Below, piece after piece: positions 56,627 through 64,000 of a stretch of DNA of 64,000 bases. Source of the DNA: Candidatus Latescibacterota bacterium (GTDB lineage: Bacteria > Latescibacterota > UBA2968 > UBA8231). Where the stretch lies: contig CBDCNM010000002.1 of assembly GCA_965219385.1 (NCBI GenBank), positions 1,916,936 through 1,980,935 of the forward strand, given 5' to 3'. The stretch's first letter is position 1. Each line of letters begins with the position of its first letter. Under the pieces are notes generated by a model. The model had not been told where the DNA came from. It worked only from the letters and a program-made list of their open reading frames with translations, and did not search any database. Position numbers and translations under genes: made by a program.

Positions 56627-58471
56627 ATGAGTCTCTCTACCCCACCCCCCCTGGAAAAGTTCCCGGACGAGGAGCTTTTCCCCGAACCAGGCCCGGCGAC
56701 AGTGGATCCCACGGATTTTGTCTACCACAAATTGTGCTCTGCGGAAGAATTTGCAGAAGGACAGGGCAAACCCTTTAGCGTGGATGGTACCCACCTGGCC
56801 GTTTTTCTGTACAAGGGCCACTACTATGCCGTGGACAACCGCTGCCCGCACATGGGCTATCCCATGTCCAAGGGCAGCGTGCGGGACGGGATCTTGATCT
56901 GCCACTGGCACCACTGGGAGTTCGACCTGAAGACCGGGGGGTGCTTTCTGACCTCCGGAGACGACCTGAAGGCCTTTCCCGTGGAGGTTCGCGACGACGG
57001 CTGCCTGTATGTGGGGATTGCACCCGGCGAACAGGCAGCGGCCAGACTGCGGCTCCTCAACCGGGGCAAGCGCGCCCTCGAGCAGGGTTTGAAAGACCGC
57101 AGTTCGTTCCTGATTGCCAAGGCCGTCACCGCCTTGAAGCAGACCGGAGCCACCCCGCAGGAGATCATCCAGCAGGGACTCTACTACGGGGCGCACAAAA
57201 CCGGCGAGGGCTGGTCGTCCGGGGTGGCCATCCTGACCCTGGCCGCCAATCTGTGGGACGATGTGGACGAGAAGGACCACAACCTCTTCCTGGTGCACGG
57301 GCTGACCCAGATCGCCCGCCGCACTTCGGGAAGTTCGCGGCGCCAGCGCTTTCCCTTTCCCAGAACCGGCGTCGAGCACGACCTGGAGACCCTCAAACGC
57401 TGGTTCCGCCGTTTTGTGGATCAGCGCGACCAAGGCGCCGCCGAGCGCATCCTGATCACCCTGCACGACCGCGGGTATCCCAAGGAGGTAATCGCGGACT
57501 TTGTCTTTACCACGGCCACGGATTTTTATTTTACCGGCGATGGCCATGCGCTCGACTTCGCCAACAAGATGTTCGAGGCCCTGGACTACGTGGACTGGGC
57601 CGGGGCGAACGAAATCCTGCGGCCGATCGCGATCGATCTGGTGACCCGGACGCGGCACGAGGAGACCTCTCGCTGGGCCGACAGCTTGCCGGTCCTGGAG
57701 GATATCTTTTCCCGCCTGGACCAGATCTGGGAAGCCAATCAGAAGAACCAGGCCTCGCTCGATGTCTCGGCCTTTGCCCAGACCATGCTAGGCGACGAGT
57801 TCGAGCCGATCCTGGCCGCAATCGAAGCAAAGCTGCGCGCCGGCGTGGCGCCGGCGGATTTATGCCGGGCCATGACCTATGCCGGGGCCATGCGGACCGT
57901 CCGCTTCCACCTCAAAAACGAGGGCGACTGGCACGATGTGGCCAATATCTACTCCTATGCCCACGCCCTCTACTGCGCTTTCCACCGGGCCCCGAGCAAG
58001 GAACTCCTGCGCGGTATCTTCCACGGTGCGGTCTTTCTGACCTATCTGCGCTGGCTCAACATGCCTTCGGCCCGCCTGCCCGCACCGGGGCAGCGCCTGG
58101 ACGAGGGGCTTGCTTCCGAGGACGAAATGCTGGAGCGTTTCCAGGAATTTGCCGACTTCCAGAAGGTCTACGAGGCCGAGATTCTGGTGAACCAGTACCT
58201 GGCGGAAAAGCGCGATCTAACCCGGCTCAAACGTGCCCTGGCGCATATCGTGCTGCGCGAGGATGCCGAGCTGCACATGTTCCAGGTTCTGGAGGCGGCT
58301 TTCCGGCACTACGATTTGTCGGATGATCCGGAGGAAAAGCGTATACATCTGCTGGCGGCGACCCGGTACATTACGGCCCAGAAGGTGATGAAGGGCATTC
58401 TGTGGTCCACCCAGAACGCCGAACGGCTGCAGCGGGGCGAATTGCTGAGCGAGCGAGAGGATGACAATTAA
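56627..58471 (+). CDS. Rieske [2Fe-2S] domain protein with long helical C-terminal region
   Basis: NRCPHMGYP...CHWHHWEFDL; 614 aa. Confidence 0.85.
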   Translation: MSLSTPPPLEKFPDEELFPEPGPATVDPTDFVYHKLCSAEEFAEGQGKPFSVDGTHLAVFLYKGHYYAVDNRCPHMGYPMSKGSVRDGILICHWHHWEFDLKTGGCFLTSGDDLKAFPVEVRDDGCLYVGIAPGEQAAARLRLLNRGKRALEQGLKDRSSFLIAKAVTALKQTGATPQEIIQQGLYYGAHKTGEGWSSGVAILTLAANLWDDVDEKDHNLFLVHGLTQIARRTSGSSRRQRFPFPRTGVEHDLETLKRWFRRFVDQRDQGAAERILITLHDRGYPKEVIADFVFTTATDFYFTGDGHALDFANKMFEALDYVDWAGANEILRPIAIDLVTRTRHEETSRWADSLPVLEDIFSRLDQIWEANQKNQASLDVSAFAQTMLGDEFEPILAAIEAKLRAGVAPADLCRAMTYAGAMRTVRFHLKNEGDWHDVANIYSYAHALYCAFHRAPSKELLRGIFHGAVFLTYLRWLNMPSARLPAPGQRLDEGLASEDEMLERFQEFADFQKVYEAEILVNQYLAEKRDLTRLKRALAHIVLREDAELHMFQVLEAAFRHYDLSDDPEEKRIHLLAATRYITAQKVMKGILWSTQNAERLQRGELLSEREDDN

Positions 58472-58609
58472 CCAGAGTCAGTACTGCGCGAAATGTCGCA
58501 AATATATGGACCTGGTGGGGGGTAGATCAGTCCTTGCGCCTGCCACCGGAAAATCCTTTTATTTGAGTAGTCGAGCAGCCAACACGAGCAAAAAAAGAGG
58601 AGAAAACCC

Positions 58610-59344
58610 ATGCCTGCACCCCGTCCCAAAGCCCCGGGCGAGACCAAGGTGGTCTACCTCGGCGGCGACCAGCTGCACAATGGCCTGGGACAACGCCAGT
58701 CCCTCAGAGGAATTTTTGAACCGGCTGGTTGGCGCTTCATGGCCACCACCGATGCCCGCTACCTCACTCCTGAATTCATCGGCGATGCCGACCTGCTGAT
58801 CATCACCCGCTGGGGCGGTCCGATCGAAGGCTGGAGCGAGGATCCCATCGTCGAGGAAGCCCCATCGGGCGACGGCTACATGAGCGCAGAGCTCGAAGCG
58901 GCCATCGTCGACAACGTCACCCAGCGAGGCATGGGTTTCATGGCCCTGCACTGCACCATCTGGACCCCGGACCACCACGGCTTCTTGCAGATGATGGGCA
59001 TCGAGCCCATCATGCACGGCCCGACCCAGACCGTACACATGCACGACTTCAATCAGGAGCACCCCATTTCCCAGGGGATCGAGGACTTCGACATGGCCCA
59101 CGACGAAAACTTCGGGGTGGTGTTGAAGGACGCCAAGGCCGTGCCACTCTACGAAACCACCGGCCAGGAGGACCAGCGTCACGACCTCGCGGGATGGTGC
59201 ATCGAGCAGGGCCAGGGCCGGGTTGTCGGGCTCGGCGCCGGTCACACCCATACTGCCTGGCGCCACAAAACCTACCAGCAACTCTACTGGCGCGGGGCTC
59301 ACTGGGCCATGAAAAAAGAAATCCCGCCTTTCCCGGGGAGTTAG
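58610..59344 (+). CDS. ThuA (GATase1-like) domain protein
   Basis: GGDQLH, GMGFMALHC, HPISQGIEDF...DE, GQGRVV...GH. Confidence 0.8.
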   Translation: MPAPRPKAPGETKVVYLGGDQLHNGLGQRQSLRGIFEPAGWRFMATTDARYLTPEFIGDADLLIITRWGGPIEGWSEDPIVEEAPSGDGYMSAELEAAIVDNVTQRGMGFMALHCTIWTPDHHGFLQMMGIEPIMHGPTQTVHMHDFNQEHPISQGIEDFDMAHDENFGVVLKDAKAVPLYETTGQEDQRHDLAGWCIEQGQGRVVGLGAGHTHTAWRHKTYQQLYWRGAHWAMKKEIPPFPGS

Positions 59345-59404
59345 ACCCTTACAAGGTGGTCTTTAATTATCTTGCTTTCCTCGTGGATGGTCGCCGGCGC
59401 CGCG

Positions 59405-59833
59405 TCAGGGCCTCTTCTCTGGCGCCTCCTCGATCTTCACGGCGATGAAATCCGGTATGGGGATGGCCCGCATCTTTTCGCCCGGATTGCACACGCAGCA
59501 CACCGCCTTCAACTCGCCGCGGGCCACCTCCACTGCGCCGTGGGCAAAGTCGAAGGCGTAGGTGAGGGATTTGGTGTCCTTTCTGGCTAGCCGCAGATGG
59601 ATGTCGAGCTGGTCTTCGAAACGAATCGGGTTGAGGTACTCGCACGAGGCCCCCAGCCGGGGCCAGCTGATGATGTCCCCGTGGTGCTCCAGGTGTACGC
59701 TCAGCCCCAGCGAGCGCAGAAACTCGTGCTCGGCCGCCTCCATGAACGCGAAGAAGCGGGCAAAGTGGACAATGCCGGCCATGTCGGTGTCGGCAAATTC
59801 TATGATTCTGGTGGTGTGGTATTCGCTGGGCAT
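59405..59833 (-). CDS. Acyl-CoA thioesterase (4HBT/YbgC-like)
   Basis: EFADTDMAGIVHF..FF.FME.AE. Confidence 0.88.
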   Translation of the reverse strand: MPSEYHTTRIIEFADTDMAGIVHFARFFAFMEAAEHEFLRSLGLSVHLEHHGDIISWPRLGASCEYLNPIRFEDQLDIHLRLARKDTKSLTYAFDFAHGAVEVARGELKAVCCVCNPGEKMRAIPIPDFIAVKIEEAPEKRP

Positions 59834-59858
59834 GGTGTTGAGCGGCCTAAGACGGCTT

Positions 59859-60329
59859 CTAAGATCCCGGTTTGTACAGGGTCACCAGACCCCCCCCCAG
59901 GGCCGCCAGCAAAATGCCGAGCAGGAACTGCCAGTTCAAAGCGCTCCACCCGCCCGCCGGAGGGTGCGCGGCCAGAGCCACGCAGGCATTGATGATCGGC
60001 GCCCCGGCAAAGACAATCGACATGACCACGCTGGGGGTTCCCCTGGCCCCAAAGGCCAGCAATACCCCCAGGGCGCCCAGAGCCCCGGCAATTCCCGCCA
60101 GGGTCGACCACGCCATGCCCTTTGCCGGCATGCTCCACGAGGCCCCGTTGACCAGCAACACGATGATGGAGCCCAGTACCGCGGTGAGCAGATAGGCCAC
60201 GCCGACCAAGAGGAAGGCCTTGTAACGGCCATTGATCGGATCCGCCATGGATATCTGTCCGGTGTGCAGCAGGACCCCGTACAGGCCCCACGACACCACC
60301 GTCATCAACGCAAAAATCATCCAGGGCAT
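59859..60329 (-). CDS. Small DMT/EamA-like membrane protein
   Basis: Five hydrophobic segments; WGLYG; GIAGALGALG; VFAGAPIIN. Confidence 0.7.
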   Translation of the reverse strand: MPWMIFALMTVVSWGLYGVLLHTGQISMADPINGRYKAFLLVGVAYLLTAVLGSIIVLLVNGASWSMPAKGMAWSTLAGIAGALGALGVLLAFGARGTPSVVMSIVFAGAPIINACVALAAHPPAGGWSALNWQFLLGILLAALGGGLVTLYKPGS

Positions 60330-60348
60330 TTTTCAATTTCCTTTCTGC

Positions 60349-61635
60349 TTACAAATACTTCCGGTAAACCTCCAGGGTCGCTTCTGCCATTCCCTCGGCG
60401 CTGAACTCCCGGTGCACCGCCTCCTTGCCCTGGCGTCCCAATAGCTGCCGTTTGCTCTCGTCGGTTTGCAGCTGCAGCAGGCCCCCGGCCACGGCATCGA
60501 CCGAATTCTCTTCCACCAATATACCGCCCCCGGTGGCCTCCAGCAATTCGGGAAAGGTCCCGTGCCGCGGCTCAACCACGGGCACCCCGTTGGCCAGGGC
60601 CTCCAGCACGAAGAGCCCCTTGGGTTCTTTGTAGATCGTCGGCACACAGAGCACGTGGAGACCGTTGAGAAAGCAAATCTTCCGCGGCCGGTCCACCTCG
60701 CCCCAGTAGCGGAAGGACTCCCCCAGCCCCCACCGGCGGATGCGCTCCACCTCCTTTTCAAAGTAGGCCAGGTCCTTGCGGCCCAGGTACCCGGCAACCT
60801 CCAGACGAAAACTCTGGGGTCCTCCCGCCTGCATCAGACGGCGAAACGCCTCCACCAGCAGGTGAAACCCCTTTTCGGGACAGATCCGCGCCAGGTAGCC
60901 GATTGCAAAAGTTTCCCTGTCCGGTGCCCCGGATGCTTCGCCGTGTCCCTCCAGGTTCAGTCCCAGGCGCACCACGTTGATCTGCTCTTCGGGCACCTGC
61001 AGGTACCCGGCCATGGCCCCGGCGTAGTAGCGGCAGGGCGCAATGAATCCATCCACGTCCCCGGCCCGCTCCCGCAAGACTTCGAGCGCCTGGGTTTTGT
61101 AGGGCTCGACCAGATCGTCCAGGAAGACGTTCTCTCCCTGCAGGGCGCACAGTACCGGCACCCCGAGTCCTTTCTTTATGTTGCGGGCCATGCCCACGAA
61201 CATGGAATTGGTGAGCTGGACCAGATCCGGGCGGTAATCCTCCTTGAGCCAGTGGACCAGCTTTTCCAGCTCCTTCTGCTGGTGCCCCTGCTCGCCCCGC
61301 AGCACCGAGACCGTGAGCCCGCCCAGGTCCCGGGCGCTGGTGGAGGCGCTAAAGCGAGAGAGGCTCCTCAACAGGGCAGGACGATCCAGCAGGCGATCTA
61401 CAGCCCAGGGAGTATGGCGGAACAGTCCCACCTTCTGCTGCAGGTACACGTTGATGCCGCCGTAAAAGATCTGGTCTATACTGACATTGACTTCGTCCGT
61501 GCGCAGCGGAGTATAGGTGGGCACCAGGGCGACCTCGACCCCCTTTTTCTGCAGGGCCGCGGCCAGGGTATTGTCGTGGATGCAGCTGCCGCAGTACATG
61601 CCGGCGGCGCCGGCGGCGATATAGGCGATTCGCAT
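60349..61635 (-). CDS. Glycosyltransferase family 4
   Basis: AGAAGMYCGSCIHDN, ARICPEKG, EPKGLFVLEALANGVPVV. Confidence 0.9.
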   Translation of the reverse strand: MRIAYIAAGAAGMYCGSCIHDNTLAAALQKKGVEVALVPTYTPLRTDEVNVSIDQIFYGGINVYLQQKVGLFRHTPWAVDRLLDRPALLRSLSRFSASTSARDLGGLTVSVLRGEQGHQQKELEKLVHWLKEDYRPDLVQLTNSMFVGMARNIKKGLGVPVLCALQGENVFLDDLVEPYKTQALEVLRERAGDVDGFIAPCRYYAGAMAGYLQVPEEQINVVRLGLNLEGHGEASGAPDRETFAIGYLARICPEKGFHLLVEAFRRLMQAGGPQSFRLEVAGYLGRKDLAYFEKEVERIRRWGLGESFRYWGEVDRPRKICFLNGLHVLCVPTIYKEPKGLFVLEALANGVPVVEPRHGTFPELLEATGGGILVEENSVDAVAGGLLQLQTDESKRQLLGRQGKEAVHREFSAEGMAEATLEVYRKYL

Positions 61636-61639
61636 GGGT

Positions 61640-62272
61640 TCACTCCGTCCCGTACAACACCACGACCAGCCGCCCTGGTCCATGCACCCCCAGCGTCAAA
61701 GTAAACTCGATATCAGCCGTCTTGCTGGGCCCGCTGATAAAAACCTTGTTGGCCGGCATCCCGCCAGTCCGCTCCGCGGCCCAGGTAAAAATATCCGGCG
61801 TCAAACAAGAAAGCGGGACCAGGGCCAGGTGCACCGGCGGCAGCAGGGTGGCCATGCGACTCTTCCCCCGCCCGCTGCTCACCACGATCGTGCCGGTCTC
61901 GGCCAGGGCCGCCTCCGCCCCGCTCAGACCTACATCCGCCCGGGCGCAGAACGCACGCAAATCCCCCTGGGTCTGCCCCACCACGTGCCACTCGCACCCG
62001 GGCCAGCGCCACTCCACCTCCACCTGGTCCAGAGGCGGCTCGTGGTTGGCGACCACAACGCGCGCCCCCACCTCGCGCAGAACAGCGCCCACCTCTTCCC
62101 AGGCCCCCTCCAGGTCATCTGTCCGCCGCACCTCGCCTTTGCCCCCTTGCAGCGCCTCTGAAAAGCGTGCCTCCAGGTCCGGGAAATCGCGCCTTGACGT
62201 CCACGCCGGGGGCAGCACTTCCCGCCTGGCCACGCTTCGCAGCTGCTGCAAAATCTCCTCGCGCGCGCTCAT
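61640..62272 (-). CDS. lutC: Lactate utilization protein C (LUD domain)
   Basis: AETGT, TLLPPVH, ISGPSKTADIE..LTLGVHGP. Confidence 0.88.
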   Translation of the reverse strand: MSAREEILQQLRSVARREVLPPAWTSRRDFPDLEARFSEALQGGKGEVRRTDDLEGAWEEVGAVLREVGARVVVANHEPPLDQVEVEWRWPGCEWHVVGQTQGDLRAFCARADVGLSGAEAALAETGTIVVSSGRGKSRMATLLPPVHLALVPLSCLTPDIFTWAAERTGGMPANKVFISGPSKTADIEFTLTLGVHGPGRLVVVLYGTE

Positions 62273-63681
62273 CGCTCATCCTCCAGCGCGCCGGCGGCCC
62301 ACAACTGGCGAAAGGAACGCTTTGCCAGGCCGGGGAGCCGGCGGTCGCCGGCAGGATTGAAAGGCGCGGGGATTTTGAGGGTGCCCCCGGACACAAAGGG
62401 CCGCTGCGCCAGGCGCGCCGCCCCGCTCAAAAAACCCATCAACTTCTCGTTCTTCAGCACAAAGGCCGCGGCTTTCTCCACCTTGCGCTGGGGCCAGGAC
62501 AGCACCTTCTGCTCCACCTCGTCGACGCGCAACTCGATCAGCATCCGTGGCAAGTCGATGCGCACCGGGCAGACCTCCCTGCAAGCGCCGCACAGCGAGC
62601 TGGCGTGCGGCAGGGCTTCGTAGTCCTCCAGACCGAACAACAAAGGGCTCACCACCGCTCCGATCGGACCGCTGTAGGGGCTGCCGTAGGCGTGCCCTCC
62701 GGCCTCGCGGTAGACCGGACACACATTCAGGCAGGCGCCGCAGCGGATGCACTGCAGCACCTCCTCGTACGGGGTGCCCAGCAGGCGGCTGCGACCGTTG
62801 TCCAGCAGGACGATGTGCATCTCCTGGGGGCCGTCGATATCATCGCCGTGCGCCGGGCCGGTGAGGACGCTGGTGTAGACCGATAGGGGCTGGCCCGCGG
62901 CACTGCGCCCCAGCAGCGCCAGCCACACCGCAGCCTCGGCCCAGGTCGGCGCCACCTTTTCGATGCCGATGACGGCCACGTGCACCGGCGGCACCGAGGT
63001 GGCCATGCGGCCGTTGCCTTCGTTGGTCACCAGCACCAGGCTGCCGGTCTCGGCCACCGCGATATTGCCGCCGGAAATCCCCATCCCGGCCGTCAAAAAG
63101 CGCTGGCGCATCAGCTCCCGGGCCGCGGCCGTGAGGGCGGGGATATCGTCGGCGGGCAAGGGTCGGCCGGTCTCGCGGCTCAACAGGGTGGCCACCTGCT
63201 GTCGCGTCTTGTGGATGGCCGGAGCGATGATGTGCGAGGGTACCTCCCCGGCCAGCTGCACCAGATAGTCCCCCATATCCGTCTCCACCGCCTCCACCCC
63301 CGCCTCTTCCAGGGCCTCGTTCAGGTGAATCTCCTCGGTGGCCATGGACTTGCCCTTGACCGCCAGTTTCACCCCGTGGCGACGGGCGATCCGAACCACC
63401 GCGGCGCACGCCTCGGTCCCGTCGCGCGCCCAGTGCACCTGCGCCCCCGCTGCCCTGGCATTGGTTTCGAATGTCTCCAGGTGGTGAGCCAGGTGTCCCA
63501 GGGTGGCCTGGCGCAGGGCTTTGAAGTGGTCGCGCAGGGCCTCGGCGTCGGGCAATTCCGCAAAGGCCTGGTCGCGCGCCCGGCGAAAATTGTCCGTGGC
63601 TGTGTCCAGGGCCCCCTGCAAACGCTCGTCCTCGATGGCCAGGGCGGCCCGCTGGCGAAACTGGGTCGTGGTCGAGGTCAC
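62269..63681 (-). CDS. lutB: Lactate utilization iron-sulfur protein B
   Basis: KGKSMATEE, PSHIIAPAIH, CIRCGACLNVCPVY, SSLCGACREVCPVRI. Confidence 0.92.
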   Translation of the reverse strand: MTSTTTQFRQRAALAIEDERLQGALDTATDNFRRARDQAFAELPDAEALRDHFKALRQATLGHLAHHLETFETNARAAGAQVHWARDGTEACAAVVRIARRHGVKLAVKGKSMATEEIHLNEALEEAGVEAVETDMGDYLVQLAGEVPSHIIAPAIHKTRQQVATLLSRETGRPLPADDIPALTAAARELMRQRFLTAGMGISGGNIAVAETGSLVLVTNEGNGRMATSVPPVHVAVIGIEKVAPTWAEAAVWLALLGRSAAGQPLSVYTSVLTGPAHGDDIDGPQEMHIVLLDNGRSRLLGTPYEEVLQCIRCGACLNVCPVYREAGGHAYGSPYSGPIGAVVSPLLFGLEDYEALPHASSLCGACREVCPVRIDLPRMLIELRVDEVEQKVLSWPQRKVEKAAAFVLKNEKLMGFLSGAARLAQRPFVSGGTLKIPAPFNPAGDRRLPGLAKRSFRQLWAAGALEDER

Positions 63682-64000
63682 CGCGTCGCCGCCTCCAGCA
63701 CCGTGGCCAGGTGCTCCACCCTCAGGGTGCTATTCTGGGCCAGTCCCCGCATCTGCATCAGGCAGCCCGGATCGGCCGTGACCAGGACCTCGGCCCCGCT
63801 CTGGGCGGCCTGGCGCAGCTTTTCGGCGGTCATGGAGTTGGAAACCTCGGGCAAACGCAGGGAAAACAACCCGCCAAAACCGCAGCAGCGATCCGCCTCG
63901 CTCATTTCGCTCAAACCGCACCCGGCCTCTTGCAACAGGCGGCGCGGCTCTTCCCGCACCTCGAGCAAGCGGCACAGGTGACAGGAGTCGTGGTAGGTGA
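63678..64000 (-). CDS. lutA: Lactate utilization protein A (CCG domain), partial
   Basis: TYHDSCHL, CCGFGGLFS, DPGCLMQM; the start lies beyond the window. Confidence 0.88.
   Translation of the reverse strand, partial: TYHDSCHLCRLLEVREEPRRLLQEAGCGLSEMSEADRCCGFGGLFSLRLPEVSNSMTAEKLRQAAQSGAEVLVTADPGCLMQMRGLAQNSTLRVEHLATVLEAATR

Overview
GC-rich bacterial chromosomal segment. The gene content (PhyH dioxygenases, Gfo/Idh/MocA oxidoreductases, a sulfatase fragment, a secreted protease with a YPNPFN-type C-terminal Ig domain, Bacteroidota-style efflux operons) suggests an FCB-group organism such as Ca. Latescibacterota; this is inference only. Layout: (1) 1-9.5 kb, a minus-strand efflux operon behind a sigma54-like promoter, with one HlyD adaptor, one ATPase and at least three tandem, partly recombined pairs of MacB/FtsX permeases. 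(2) 9.6-26.7 kb, a mosaic accessory region: broken vapBC, AAA-DUF4143 ATPase, a dimethylglycine-oxidase-like / DmdA-like / DddW-like cluster (possible DMSP or betaine catabolism), IS200 and IS5 elements, a two-repeat 29/32-nt unit ahead of an IS5-disrupted lipoprotein metalloprotease, and a ~4.45-kb Schlafen(AlbA_2)-GmrSD-DUF4926 islet bounded by a perfect 27-bp direct repeat and carrying IS91/ISCR-like 3' ends. (3) 27-64 kb, mostly intact catabolic and transport genes with several 3'-end gene remnants, MITE-like repeats, a damaged M4-like protease islet, a Rieske-ThuA locus and lutABC. No rRNA, tRNA or cas genes were found. All calls come from motif recognition by eye; no database searches were run.
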